A stretch of DNA of 55,110 nucleotides from an uncultured Bacteroidota bacterium. GTDB taxonomy: Bacteria > Bacteroidota > Bacteroidia > UKL13-3. Within the stretch, counting starts at the first letter, position 1. Every line of letters starts with the position of its first letter. The DNA lies in the NCBI GenBank assembly GCA_903901345.1, contig CAIUQQ010000330.1, forward strand, positions 1 through 55,110. The letters run 5' to 3'. The notes under the pieces are model-generated. The model saw only the letters and a list, made by a program, of their open reading frames with translations, was not told the DNA's origin and made no database searches. Shown here one piece after another: positions 10,585 through 20,740 of this stretch. A program made the translations under genes and the position numbers.

Positions 10585-11604
10585 ATGAATAGAAACTGGC
10601 TTTATACGCTTAGCTTAACCCCAAGTTTTTTGGCCATTTATGGCAATTTATCTGGTGGTATTTTTGCCTTTGGCAATCTTGTTTTTTCACTTGTTTTTTT
10701 GGCAATTTCAGAATGGATTACCAAAGATTTTCTTTCGAACGATGCCAGCGATAATGACGATTTAATTCCTAAATTTATCCTTTTGCTTCATATTCCATTT
10801 CAATTAATGTCGGTGGCAAGTTTACTTTATGGCATTTATACGCATGTATTAACCGATTATTTTATAATAGCTGCGGCTTTAAGTACCGCTTTAAATTCTG
10901 GAACTTCGGCCATTATTGTATCGCATGAATACATTCACAGAAAAATAAAATATGAAAGAATGTTGGGTAAATTATTGTTGTTTTCAGCAGGAAATTTATA
11001 TTTTTATATTGACCATTTAAAAGTTCATCACAAATGGGTTGGAACTAATAAAGACCATGCAACCGCTCGTTTTGGAGAATCATTGTATGCCTTTTTTGCA
11101 CGTTCAGTTTCTGGTCAATTTTGGGGCGCTATTGATATAGAAGCACAACGATTAAAAACTGAAAATAAAATGCCCTACGGATTAGGAAATTATGTAATTA
11201 GGCAATTGGTTTTACAAGCTGTATTTATGTTTTTGGTATATTATTTTATTGGAATGATAGCTGTTGGCGCTTGGTTAATTCAATGTTTTTTTGCTAATTT
11301 TTTATTAGAATACGTGAATTACATTCAGCATTATGGATTAAGTAGAAACGAAAATCAACGGGTAACGGAAGAACACAGTTGGCAAAGCGATAAATTTGTA
11401 AGTCGCTTTGTGTTGGTTGATTTATCGCGCCATGCCGACCACCATTATTATGCTTCAAAGCCTTATCATACTTTAAAAACTTATGCTAATAGCCCCATTT
11501 TACCAACTGGTTACGCAGGTTTATTTTTTATAGCAGCCGTTCCAAAACTTTGGTTCAGTGTAATGAATAAAAAAATAAACGAAATGAATTTATCCAATAA
11601 TTAA
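10585..11604 (+). CDS. alkB: Alkane 1-monooxygenase-like membrane di-iron enzyme
   Basis: His boxes HEYIH, HLKVHH, NYIQHYGL, LSRHADHH; several hydrophobic helices; P-x-LPTGY motif. Confidence 0.82.
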   Translation: MNRNWLYTLSLTPSFLAIYGNLSGGIFAFGNLVFSLVFLAISEWITKDFLSNDASDNDDLIPKFILLLHIPFQLMSVASLLYGIYTHVLTDYFIIAAALSTALNSGTSAIIVSHEYIHRKIKYERMLGKLLLFSAGNLYFYIDHLKVHHKWVGTNKDHATARFGESLYAFFARSVSGQFWGAIDIEAQRLKTENKMPYGLGNYVIRQLVLQAVFMFLVYYFIGMIAVGAWLIQCFFANFLLEYVNYIQHYGLSRNENQRVTEEHSWQSDKFVSRFVLVDLSRHADHHYYASKPYHTLKTYANSPILPTGYAGLFFIAAVPKLWFSVMNKKINEMNLSNN

Positions 11605-11619
11605 TCAAAGAAATTATAC

Positions 11620-14091
11620 ATGAAAACCTATCAAAAACTTTTTGCTGCAGCATTATTATTTATCAATATTGAGCTGCAAGCGCAACAAAATTATACTGCT
11701 TATTTAAAAGACAATACCACATCGCGTGAACATTCGCTCGATATTACTAAAATGAAAGTAGAAGTGAGTTTTGCTCCAGAAAAAGGTTTGGTAAAAGGAA
11801 AAGTTACGCATAACTTTATTGTGCTTCAGCAAAAAGTAGATTCTGTTTTTTTTGATGCTCCCGCAATTACCATCAAATCTGTTTTGCATAATAACCAAAA
11901 CGCAAAATTCACCATTACAAAAACAGGAGTTTGGGTAAAACCAAATGCGCCTTTAAAGTGGGACGAAACAGGTACAATTGTGTTTGAATATGAGGCTTCG
12001 CCACGCAGAGGAATTTACTTTATTGGGTGGAATGAAAAGGAAAATGCTGTTTCAAATCCTTTTGCGGTACGCAAGCAAATTTGGACACAAGGACAAGGAA
12101 TTGATAACCGCCAATGGATTCCATTGTATGACGATATGAACGATAAATTTATAACCGAAACGGTCATTACATTCGATAAAAACTACCAAGTTTTATCGAA
12201 CGGAACTTTTTTGGGTAAAAAAGAAAATAAAGACGGAACTTTAACGTGGAATTACACCATGACAAAACCTCATGCTGGCTATTTATTGATGCTTGCCATT
12301 GGAAAATATGCGGTGAGTGAAACAAAAACTAAAAGTGGCGTTCCTTTAAAAAATTGGTATTATCCTGAATTTAAAGAGCGAATGGAACCTACATATCGCT
12401 ACACTGCGCAAATGATGGATTTTTTGGAAAAGGAAACAGGCATTAAATATCCTTGGGAAAGTTACAGCCAAGTAATGGTTCAAGATTTTATTTTTGGTGC
12501 AATGGAAAATACCACGGCTACTATTTTTGGTGATTTTTTCAATGTAGATGAACGTGCTTTTTTAGATAGAAATTACATTGGTGTAAATTGCCACGAAATG
12601 ACTCACCAATGGTTTGGCGATTACATAACTGCCCGCGATAGCCGTGATGCTTGGATGCAAGAAAGTTTTGCAACGTATTATCCAAAACAATTTTATAAAG
12701 AATTAGAAGGAACGGATGAATGGGATTGGCAGCGCAGAGCGCATCAAAATTCAGCGGTAGATGCTGGAAAAAAAGATGATTACGCGGTGCGTCATACTGC
12801 TGGTGGAACTGCTAGGGTTTACCCAAAAGGTGCCGCTGTTATTAGCATGTTGGAATATGTGTTGGGTGCAGAGCAATGGAAACGTGCTTTGAATCATTAC
12901 CTAAAATTGCATGCTTATGCCAATGTGGAAATGAACGATATGCAACAAGCCATTAAAGATAAATTGGGCTTAAATGCAGATTGGTTTTTTGACGAATGGA
13001 TTGCCAGAGGTGGCGAACCCATTTATCAAATTCACTACGAAGATTTAACTTATAACGATGGATCAAAAGCTACTGAAATAGCCATTGAACAAGTTCAAAA
13101 AACAAATGAAACCATTCAATATTTTAAAATGCCATTGTCAATAGAAGTGCATTATACCGATGGAACTTTTGATAGCGTAAAAGAAATGCAAAGCCAAGCT
13201 TTTGAAGTAGTAAAGATTCCTAATTTGGGCAAAAAGAAAATAGCTTTTGTATTATTCGACCCTAATTCAAATATTTTAAAACAAGTAATTTTCAATAAAT
13301 CGGAACAAGAATTATTTGCTCAATTAAAAGGTGCTGCTAATTATTTGGACAGATATGATGCTGTTGTTGCACTTAGAAAATCAACGATTGAAAGTAAAAG
13401 AACAGCATTGCTAGCAGCACTAAAAACCGAAAAACATTACGGAATAATCAATGAAATAGTGAATCAACTCATCAATGATACAGAAGCTGAAACGGTAAAA
13501 GCAATGCAAGGATCAATGAATCATTCAAGGTCGGTTGTGAGAGAAAATGTGTTGAATAAATTAGCTGTTATTTCCTCAAATTGGAAGCCAATTTTTGTTC
13601 GTTCGCTTTCCGATTCAAGTTACGATGTAGTGAAAACATCGATGGAAAAACTATTTGTAAATTTTCAAGACAATGAAACGGTGAACGACATTTTAAATGC
13701 TACCAAAAACACATTTGGAATGAATAATATTATTCAAATAAAACGCAATGAAATCATGGTACTTTCAGCAAATGCTGCAAATAATTTTAACAAACAACAG
13801 GCATTAGCTGAACAAAACAAATTTGCTTCATCAGCTTACGAATTTAGAACACGTTTGAATGCATTTAATAGCTTTAAAACAATGAATATTTTGAATGAAG
13901 AATTGGCAGCAAATATATTTAATGCCATGCTATCGTATAATAGTCGTTTAGCTGGTCCTGCAACAGATTTAGCGAATCATTTTTCGGGTCAATTTGAATA
14001 TAAACAAGCGATGAAAAACTGGTTTGCTAATAGCAACTTTGATGCAAAACAAAAAGAAACCATAACCAATGCTTTACCGTGGATTCAATAA
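11620..14091 (+). CDS. M1 family aminopeptidase with C-terminal HEAT-like repeats
   Basis: Signal peptide; GAMEN; HEMTHQWFG...ESFATY zinc motif; VYPKGA. Confidence 0.93.
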   Translation: MKTYQKLFAAALLFINIELQAQQNYTAYLKDNTTSREHSLDITKMKVEVSFAPEKGLVKGKVTHNFIVLQQKVDSVFFDAPAITIKSVLHNNQNAKFTITKTGVWVKPNAPLKWDETGTIVFEYEASPRRGIYFIGWNEKENAVSNPFAVRKQIWTQGQGIDNRQWIPLYDDMNDKFITETVITFDKNYQVLSNGTFLGKKENKDGTLTWNYTMTKPHAGYLLMLAIGKYAVSETKTKSGVPLKNWYYPEFKERMEPTYRYTAQMMDFLEKETGIKYPWESYSQVMVQDFIFGAMENTTATIFGDFFNVDERAFLDRNYIGVNCHEMTHQWFGDYITARDSRDAWMQESFATYYPKQFYKELEGTDEWDWQRRAHQNSAVDAGKKDDYAVRHTAGGTARVYPKGAAVISMLEYVLGAEQWKRALNHYLKLHAYANVEMNDMQQAIKDKLGLNADWFFDEWIARGGEPIYQIHYEDLTYNDGSKATEIAIEQVQKTNETIQYFKMPLSIEVHYTDGTFDSVKEMQSQAFEVVKIPNLGKKKIAFVLFDPNSNILKQVIFNKSEQELFAQLKGAANYLDRYDAVVALRKSTIESKRTALLAALKTEKHYGIINEIVNQLINDTEAETVKAMQGSMNHSRSVVRENVLNKLAVISSNWKPIFVRSLSDSSYDVVKTSMEKLFVNFQDNETVNDILNATKNTFGMNNIIQIKRNEIMVLSANAANNFNKQQALAEQNKFASSAYEFRTRLNAFNSFKTMNILNEELAANIFNAMLSYNSRLAGPATDLANHFSGQFEYKQAMKNWFANSNFDAKQKETITNALPWIQ

Positions 14092-14675
14092 GAATTTCGT
14101 TCATAGAAACACTCGAAATTTTGGTTGTTTTAACCACACTTTTGTATAACTATTTTCTCATCAAACAAAACATTATTTGTTGGCTGTTTGGCTTTTTAGC
14201 TTCCCTTTTTGGCTTGATTATTTTTTACGAAAAACAATTAATAGGACAAGTAATTCTTCATGTTTTTTATACCATTATGGCTGTTTATGGTTGGTACATT
14301 TGGGGGAAAAGCAAAAAGCAAAATCCAATCATCAAATGGCCAATGATAAACCATGTTTATGTAATTGGAATGGGAGTTATTTTAACTTTTATCCTAGGAA
14401 ATTTTGTGTTGAATAAATTCACCGAAAACGTAAACTTCCTTGATATCAGCATTACCTTATTTTGCTTTGTAGCTACTTTTAAAGAAGCTCACAAAATTCT
14501 TTCAGCTTGGCTTTATTGGATTGTTTTAAACTTGGCAAGCCTTATTTTATATATGCAAAGCAATTTAAAAATATACGCTTTGCTCATGTTCATTTACACC
14601 ATTTTATCAATCAAAGGATATTTGGTTTGGCGAAAAAATTTGTCTGAATCAGTTCCGATACATCGGAAAGATTGA
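14079..14675 (+). CDS. pnuC: Nicotinamide riboside transporter PnuC-like
   Basis: Multi-TM; CWLFG, YGWYIW, WLYWIV, GYLVW motifs. Confidence 0.82.
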   Translation: MDSIRISFIETLEILVVLTTLLYNYFLIKQNIICWLFGFLASLFGLIIFYEKQLIGQVILHVFYTIMAVYGWYIWGKSKKQNPIIKWPMINHVYVIGMGVILTFILGNFVLNKFTENVNFLDISITLFCFVATFKEAHKILSAWLYWIVLNLASLILYMQSNLKIYALLMFIYTILSIKGYLVWRKNLSESVPIHRKD

Positions 14676-14704
14676 TTGAACGATTTTCAGGATTTGCTAT
14701 TCGT

Positions 14705-14985
14705 TTCGACTTCGCTCAACGACCGTGGACATTGCCTATAGTAGATGTTTTTACCAACCATAGGTAATTTAAAGTTCCGTAGGAACGACACTTTTGTAAC
14801 AACGGGTTTTAACCCGTTGGAAAAACGAACAAAACCTTTTTATAAGAAAAACCCAAAATATATGCGCAAAACTGAAGGTTTTGCGCATATATTTTGGGTT
14901 TTTTGTTGTGTTTATCCTTACCTTTTACCACCAGTATCACTGGTGGCTATTGATATTAAACTCCTCTGGAGTTTTATTTTGAAAG
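14705..14985. repeat. Intergenic cluster of REP/MITE-like palindromes, including a perfect 26-bp-arm inverted repeat (14847-14903)
   Basis: TTCGACTTCGCTCAACGAC; CAACGGGTT-TT-AACCCGTTG; AAAAACCCAAAATATATGCGCAAAAC-TGAAG-GTTTTGCGCATATATTTTGGGTTTTT; CACCAGT-ATC-ACTGGTG; AACTCC-TCT-GGAGTT. Confidence 0.7.
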
Positions 14986-15031
14986 AGGTTGGTGAACACC
15001 AACCATAATCAAAAAAATGATTCATACATTC

Positions 15032-16207
15032 TTACTCCACATGCAACAATAGTCCTTTTAAATATTCGCCTTCAGGATGATAAATATTGATTGGATGGTC
15101 ATCGGGTTGGCTTAATTGGCGAACAATGCGAACATTTCTTTTTGTTTCGGCTGCGGCACTAAAAACTATTTTTCTAAAAAGATCTTTGTCAATATGCTGA
15201 CTACAGCTAAAAGTAAAAATTAATCCGTTAGGTTTTACCTTTTCAATTCCCAATTTATTTAAACTTTGATAACCCCTAGATGCATTTGCAACCGCTCTTG
15301 AATGCTTAGCAAAAGCAGGTGGATCTAACACAATGATGTCGTATTTTTTTTCGCATTGTTTTAAATAATCAAAACAATCAAGGGCTATTCCTTCGTGGTT
15401 TGTTAAACCATTTAACGCCACATTTTGATTGCATAATTCAATGGCATCTTTGCTGCTATCTACCGAATCAACCCAAGCAGCGCCATTTTGCAAAGCAAAC
15501 AAACTAAATCCGCCCGAATAACTAAAAGTATTCAAAACAGTTTTGCCTTTACTTAATTCACCAAGGGTTTTACGGTTTTCGCGTTGGTCAATAAAAAAAC
15601 CAGTTTTTTGTCCTGTTTCTACATTGATATTAAACTTAACGCCATATTCTTTTCCTTCTATTGGCATGGGTAAAACAGCATCGTTTACCCAACGGTTTCC
15701 ATCGGTAACTTGCTCCAATAATTGGGTGCTTTGTTTTGTTTTTAAATAAATATGGTGAAAGCCTAAACTATGCAACGCATTAAAAATAGTTTGACTAATT
15801 AACTCCACACCTTTTACCAATATTTGGCAAACAGCAGCTTGGTTATAAATATCGATAATTATTCCTGGAAAAAAATCTCCTTCCGCATGAATCAATCTGT
15901 AAATATTGGTAGTTTCAGGGTTTATAAATAACTTACGGTAATTAAAGGCACGGGTTATTTTTTCTTTCCAATAGTATTCATCAATTACCATTGGCTCGCT
16001 TGTAAATTCAAAAAGCCTGCACATAATTTGGCTATTTGGAGCAAAAAAACCGTAACCCAACAATTCATCGGCATTACTTCTCACTTCTACTATAGAACCA
16101 TTTGGCGCTTTTGGCATTTGCTTTACTCCACCACTAAACACCCAAGGATGACGGTTTAGTAACGAACGTTCTCTGCCACTTTTTAAAATAATTTTTTCGT
16201 AATTCAT
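15032..16207 (-). CDS. rlmI: RlmI-family class I SAM-dependent rRNA methyltransferase
   Basis: PUA-like N-terminus (RHPWVFSG), AEGDFFPG, GQKTGFFIDQRENR, LNTFSYSGGF, LDPPAF, FSCS, YLKG; ATG at 16207. Confidence 0.9.
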   Translation of the reverse strand: MNYEKIILKSGRERSLLNRHPWVFSGGVKQMPKAPNGSIVEVRSNADELLGYGFFAPNSQIMCRLFEFTSEPMVIDEYYWKEKITRAFNYRKLFINPETTNIYRLIHAEGDFFPGIIIDIYNQAAVCQILVKGVELISQTIFNALHSLGFHHIYLKTKQSTQLLEQVTDGNRWVNDAVLPMPIEGKEYGVKFNINVETGQKTGFFIDQRENRKTLGELSKGKTVLNTFSYSGGFSLFALQNGAAWVDSVDSSKDAIELCNQNVALNGLTNHEGIALDCFDYLKQCEKKYDIIVLDPPAFAKHSRAVANASRGYQSLNKLGIEKVKPNGLIFTFSCSQHIDKDLFRKIVFSAAAETKRNVRIVRQLSQPDDHPINIYHPEGEYLKGLLLHVE

Positions 16208-16290
16208 GCAGCCGCAAAGATGCAATAAAATGTGGGAGGGACAAGACAAGCCTTTTCTCAATTATCTGTATAGTTTGCGGTACTTTCAAT

Positions 16291-16375
16291 GTCATGGTGA
16301 GCGGAGTCGAATCCATACACGAATTTTGTGCTACCACAATTTCCAAAACATTGTAGGCAACCCATGCGGTTGCCC
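16291..16375. repeat. REP-like short palindromes
   Basis: GTCATGGTGAGCGGAGTCGAA (16291-16311, inverted relative of 14705-14723; another relative at 43222-43246) and GTAG-GCAACC-CATGC-GGTTGC (16353-16375). Confidence 0.55.
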
Positions 16376-16411
16376 AATTAAATCAATACATCAAATCATT
16401 TTCTTTTAAAC

Positions 16412-16436
16412 AAAAAAAGCTCCCGAAGGAGCTTTC
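16412..16436 (-). terminator. Intrinsic terminator downstream of 16456..16863
   Basis: AAAGCTCC-CGAA-GGAGCTTT with the A-run on the left (T-run on the minus strand). Confidence 0.8.
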
Positions 16437-16455
16437 TTGTTTTAGTAGTTAGGTA

Positions 16456-16863
16456 TTATTTTACAATAGCAACCTTATTGGTTGATATCAATTTATTGTT
16501 TGAATCATAAATGGTAAGTATATAAACACCGTTTGCTAATGCTGAAACATCAATAGTTCCACTAGTTGGTGTAATAATAGACTGTCCAGTTATTGATGAT
16601 AGTTTTGCTGTAAAATATCCTGGTTTTTCTAAATCAATATGCAATAAAGTAGATGCAGGATTTGGATATACTTTTAATGAATTAATTATTGGCGAAGTAC
16701 TTAAAATACCTGGTGTTATAGCTATTTCACCTTTTTCAATTTTGCAATAGGTGGCTTGGGTCATACCTAATGCTTTAGCAATTACAAATTGTTTTTGTCG
16801 TCTTAATTCTCGAAAAACTTTAATTGTAGTTGCTAACTTTATATCATATTCTAAATGTCTCAT
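16456..16863 (-). pseudogene. Chimeric ORF: truncated XRE HTH fused in frame to a T9SS type A sorting domain
   Basis: aa 1-52 IKVFRELR..QFVIAKALGMTQATYCKIEKGE (XRE); the remainder KVYPNPAS...IDVSALANGVYILTI (T9SS CTD); no signal peptide. Confidence 0.7.
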
Positions 16864-17082
16864 GAGGGCTGGCTAAAAAAGCTCTTTTTGCAGTTGCAGG
16901 GATTGGTTTGAGTGTCGTGCAACTGCAAAATGTGCTTTTATGTGTGGTCGGTGAAAAGTGTATGTATCAAAATAAATTTTTATTTAGTTAGAATGTCGGG
17001 TATTAAATTGTCACAACGAAAATATAATAATTTATGTCCTATGTCAAGATTGTTTTTTTGTTTAGTCGCGTCTAAAGCCATT

Positions 17083-17212
17083 GCCTGTAACGTTTTGCAG
17101 CTACCCGAAGGTGGCGATTTTACCACTGAACTTCATTCGGAGAACTACATTTCAAATATACAATAAACTGTCTTACGAAGAACGAATCCGCCACTTTTGG
17201 GTAGATGCTGTT
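17083..17212 (-). repeat. attC-like palindromic site, interrupted by the integrative element (its remaining end is at 39873-39885)
   Basis: TAAC-GTTTT-GCAGCTACCCGAAGGTGGCG...CGCCACTTTTGGGTAGATGC-T-GTT; arms nearly identical to 47059-47184. Confidence 0.85.
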
Positions 17213-17289
17213 GTCATAACCTCTCACCCTTTTTCTTTCTTTTGCTCCTAAACCCTTGTAAAATAAGGCTTTTATCATTTTTACTATCT

Positions 17290-17365
17290 TAATTTGGTGC
17301 AACAAAATGTAACGAAAAGCTTGTTTTGTTATACCTAATGTTGTACCTTTGTACTCTGTTGCACC
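17290..17365. repeat. Left-end integrase arm-type binding repeats
   Basis: GGTGCAACA (17296, inverted), TGTTATACCT (17327), TGTTGTACCT (17339), TGTTGCACC (17357); overlaps the -7 element TACCTTTG (17344-17351). Confidence 0.75.
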
Positions 17366-17394
17366 GCATTGCACAACCCTGTAAAATATTAGAT

Positions 17395-18612
17395 ATGGCA
17401 TCAATCAAATTAGTACTCCGAAATGATAAAGTAGGCAAAGATGGCGAAGCACCTTTGTACCTTAGACTTATCAAAGACCGCAAAACCAAATTCATTTCTT
17501 TAGGTGTTAGGTTAGTTCCAAATGAATGGGACGAAGATAAACAAAGAGTTAAAAAGAACCACTCAAATTCTGCAAGAATAAATGCACTACTGGCACAAAA
17601 GGTTGCAGAAGCTGAAGGGCAAGTTGCAGACCTTGAAAGAAAAAAATCACAGCCATCAGCAAAGAAGTTGAAGGAAGCCATCAAAGGTAAAGATGCAACC
17701 AACTTTTTTGAATACAGCTATGCAAGATGCGAAAAACAGAAAACAACATTATCACCTGCCACTTACCGCAATTACACCAAGTACATCAGTAAGTTTGAAA
17801 AATTTATGGGTACATCAGAAGTCTATTTTGAAGACATCAATGTAACCACCCTTAAAGATTTTGCAAACCATTGTTCCAAAACTTTGAGCAATAATAACAC
17901 TACAATTCACTACTCCTTAACCATCCTTTCCATTATGTTCAAGGATGCACAAAGAGAAGATATAATTCCTACCAGTTTGTACCCCTTTGATAAGTTCAGA
18001 GTAAAGAAAGAAAAGAGCAGCCGCAACTACTTAAACAAAGAGCAATTAGCAGCACTCGAAGCATTAGAAGTTTCGCAATTAGGCAAAGCACAAATTTGTA
18101 AGGATATGTTTTTGTTTGCTGTTTATGCAGGTGGTTTGAGATTTGGTGATGTAATAGAATTGCAATGGAAACATTTTTTAGCAGCAGACAATCGTATTTC
18201 TAAAGTTATCCGCAAAACAGGAAGGCAACACAGTTTTAAAATGGGAAGTGTGGCCATTGAAATACTTGATAAGTACAAGACAAAAAACAGTCAGCCCGAA
18301 GATTTTATTTTTCCAATAATGGAGTACAGCGATTTGTATTTCAAGGATAATTTTTTCAGGTCAAAAGAAACAGAACGCCACAATGCACTAACCAATTTTC
18401 ACCTCAATAATTTTGGAAAGACACTCAAACTTTCGTTTTCGTTGTCCTTTCATCTTAGCCGCCATACTTTTGCCACCAGAGCATTAAACAACGGAATGAG
18501 AATAGAACACGTTTCTAAATTGATGGACCATTCAGGCATAGGCATTACACAGGTATATGCAAAAATCATCAATGAAGAATTAGATAAAGCAGTGGATCAA
18601 TATTTAGGTTAA
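17395..18612 (+). CDS. Site-specific tyrosine integrase (Bacteroidota arm-binding + SAM-like + catalytic domains)
   Basis: N-terminal G.APLYLRL..DRK.KFISLG...P.EWD; catalytic R (GLRFGD), K (IRKTG), HLSRHTFA, MDH, TQVYA; ATG at 17395. Confidence 0.95.
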   Translation: MASIKLVLRNDKVGKDGEAPLYLRLIKDRKTKFISLGVRLVPNEWDEDKQRVKKNHSNSARINALLAQKVAEAEGQVADLERKKSQPSAKKLKEAIKGKDATNFFEYSYARCEKQKTTLSPATYRNYTKYISKFEKFMGTSEVYFEDINVTTLKDFANHCSKTLSNNNTTIHYSLTILSIMFKDAQREDIIPTSLYPFDKFRVKKEKSSRNYLNKEQLAALEALEVSQLGKAQICKDMFLFAVYAGGLRFGDVIELQWKHFLAADNRISKVIRKTGRQHSFKMGSVAIEILDKYKTKNSQPEDFIFPIMEYSDLYFKDNFFRSKETERHNALTNFHLNNFGKTLKLSFSLSFHLSRHTFATRALNNGMRIEHVSKLMDHSGIGITQVYAKIINEELDKAVDQYLG

Positions 18613-18635
18613 AATCATTATTTTTCGCTTTTTAA

Positions 18636-20540
18636 ATGGCAATAATTTCAGATAATAAAATAAACGCATACATCGACAAGCTGCTCAACTTCGTTGATGG
18701 CTTGCCTATGGGCGACAATGGCAAAGCATACATCAGAGCAAAATTATTAGTGGACTTTTTAGACACTTGGCAATTTGATGATGAAGCAAACAGCTTCACC
18801 CTTGAAGAATACCTTGCTAACCCCTCATATCCACGCTTTACAGATGTTCAAACCACCTATGGCATAAAGAACACCACACAAATTGAAAGGTGGTTAGAAG
18901 GCTTTAAAACAGCATTAAAAAAGGCAAGAGGAAAAGCATTAGAAAACCATTTGAAAGAGTTAGATAATTTGCACCCAGCCTTCAAAGCTGCAAGGCTTTC
19001 AAAAAGCCTGGCAGCCATTACCCGAGCAGAACTATTTGAGAAGCATAGTATCCAATCCATCAAAGACCCGGAATGGAACAACCAACTCAAAGAAATTTTA
19101 GGTACAGAAATTACCTTTTCAAAAGAGCAAGCCGACCTACTAACAAAAGCACCGAACCCCCACCAACAAACACCGGCAAGTGAGGATGAAATATTGATAG
19201 TAGAAGAACTTGAAAACCGTTTGGCAATTGAAGCTGTGGAGTATAAGCGAAAGGTTGATGAACTTTGGGAAACAAATAAATTTGACCCCACTTATTTCGA
19301 CAGCTTTATTTCTGGTCCTTTGCTTAACGAGTTTACCAAGTCCGTTTATGAAAGAATTAAGCCATTGAATAATCAGGTTATAAATCAGTACCTCAATTTA
19401 TCCCTGCAACAATTCAAAACCCATACACCACCCAAAAGACATAAAGCTTTTTTGCTTAACTATCATAATACTTATTGGTTCCCGAATGTGATGGAGTACA
19501 AAGAAAATGAGTATGATGCAAAATACGCCACCCACGTTTGGAAACATTACAGCAACCATTTTCATTTATTCAAAGAAGCATTTCAAAAAATTTATGATGA
19601 TTTTAAAACAGGGTTAGTAACAAATGCAGCACCATCAGCAACAACCAAAATCAAGGATGATAATTTCAATATTTTTATAAAGGCATTAGAATATAACTAC
19701 CCTCTGGAACATGCACCGTTAAGTTATTACTATCAATGGCGTGACAACCTTTCTTACCTCAAAAAAGAAGTGTTGAGCAACCTCATTCACTTAGAACAGG
19801 ATGCAAGAAAACCATACATCAACCGCCTAAAGTTTGAATTGAATGAAACATTGCAGCACTGCCATACAAGCCAAGAAGAATTAAATAACCTTTATACAAA
19901 ATACGAAACCAGTGAAGAAGAGTTGCTTCGCAATCGTTCTTACACCAATGCTTTGCACATTGCCATTAATGATGAACCACCAAAGTTTAAAGATACTTTT
20001 GAAGAAGGTTTTAACCCCGATACAGAGAACATTCAACACACCTTTTACAATTTCCATTATGGCAAAATAATTCTTTCAGCACTTGACTTTTTAAATGAAC
20101 AAGCCATTGAATATGGCTTTATTCAGAAAGAAGAAACACCTCCGCAACCCATCAAGAATAAGCCTTCGGCTTTATCTTTTCAATACATTAACCACAATAC
20201 AGGTTCGCAGAACCTTACCGACCTGATGAACTCATTAAAGCGTTCCGCTTTTATTCATCAAGACACATCACTTGCCAATTTCAGAAGTATATTTTCAGCA
20301 AAAGAAATTGAACAAAAAATCATCTGGACAGGCAACATTTCCGAATTGGTACACTTTATCAAAACCTTGCACAACACAGCCAAAAAGGTAGAAGATACCA
20401 AACAAAAGCAATGGGAAATAACAATAAACTGTTTTCAAATGGCTGATGGCACAGAATTAACCAGAGATAAATTAAGGCGTCAAAAGAATGATGATGTTGC
20501 TAAAGCTGCCATCATTGAAAAAGCGGTCAATATTCTCTGA
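18636..20540 (+). CDS. Hypothetical protein; C-terminus resembles DNA-binding regulators found between int and xis in Bacteroidota elements
   Basis: 634-aa ORF; C-terminal F..IF...KIIWTGNISELVHFI..L segment; position. Confidence 0.6.
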   Translation: MAIISDNKINAYIDKLLNFVDGLPMGDNGKAYIRAKLLVDFLDTWQFDDEANSFTLEEYLANPSYPRFTDVQTTYGIKNTTQIERWLEGFKTALKKARGKALENHLKELDNLHPAFKAARLSKSLAAITRAELFEKHSIQSIKDPEWNNQLKEILGTEITFSKEQADLLTKAPNPHQQTPASEDEILIVEELENRLAIEAVEYKRKVDELWETNKFDPTYFDSFISGPLLNEFTKSVYERIKPLNNQVINQYLNLSLQQFKTHTPPKRHKAFLLNYHNTYWFPNVMEYKENEYDAKYATHVWKHYSNHFHLFKEAFQKIYDDFKTGLVTNAAPSATTKIKDDNFNIFIKALEYNYPLEHAPLSYYYQWRDNLSYLKKEVLSNLIHLEQDARKPYINRLKFELNETLQHCHTSQEELNNLYTKYETSEEELLRNRSYTNALHIAINDEPPKFKDTFEEGFNPDTENIQHTFYNFHYGKIILSALDFLNEQAIEYGFIQKEETPPQPIKNKPSALSFQYINHNTGSQNLTDLMNSLKRSAFIHQDTSLANFRSIFSAKEIEQKIIWTGNISELVHFIKTLHNTAKKVEDTKQKQWEITINCFQMADGTELTRDKLRRQKNDDVAKAAIIEKAVNIL

Positions 20541-20545
20541 TTTGC

Positions 20546-20653
20546 ACTCTACACCTTACAAAAAGTTTTAAAAAACTTTCTGCATACATCAAACGCCAGG
20601 CTTAGCAGCTTGGCGTTTTTATTGGCATACTCTACACTCTACACCTTACTCTA
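20546..20653 (+). promoter_or_regulatory. Direct repeats upstream of the excisionase gene
   Basis: ACTCTACACCTTAC at 20546-20559 and 20636-20649, plus partial ACTCTAC at 20629; hairpin AAACGCCA...TGGCGTTT between them. Confidence 0.55.
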
Positions 20654-20740
20654 AACCCTTGTCTGCAAAGGTTTTCAGCCCCTCTTTACTGCACAAATTT
20701 GCTTCCGAAATCATTCATAAACATTAAAAAATAAAAAGAA

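Noticed and set aside
14745-15008. 87-aa ORF between pnuC and rlmI
   Set aside because: Runs through REP-like palindromes; no recognisable protein features.
17100-17220. tRNA gene as the integration target
   Set aside because: No cloverleaf, T-loop or CCA end at either junction; the target is the palindromic cassette site.
17395-18612. Integrase as the cassette (IntI-like) recombinase
   Set aside because: It has an N-terminal arm-binding domain, its own arm repeats and att ends, no evident IntI-specific insertion, and it lies inside an element that disrupts a cassette site.
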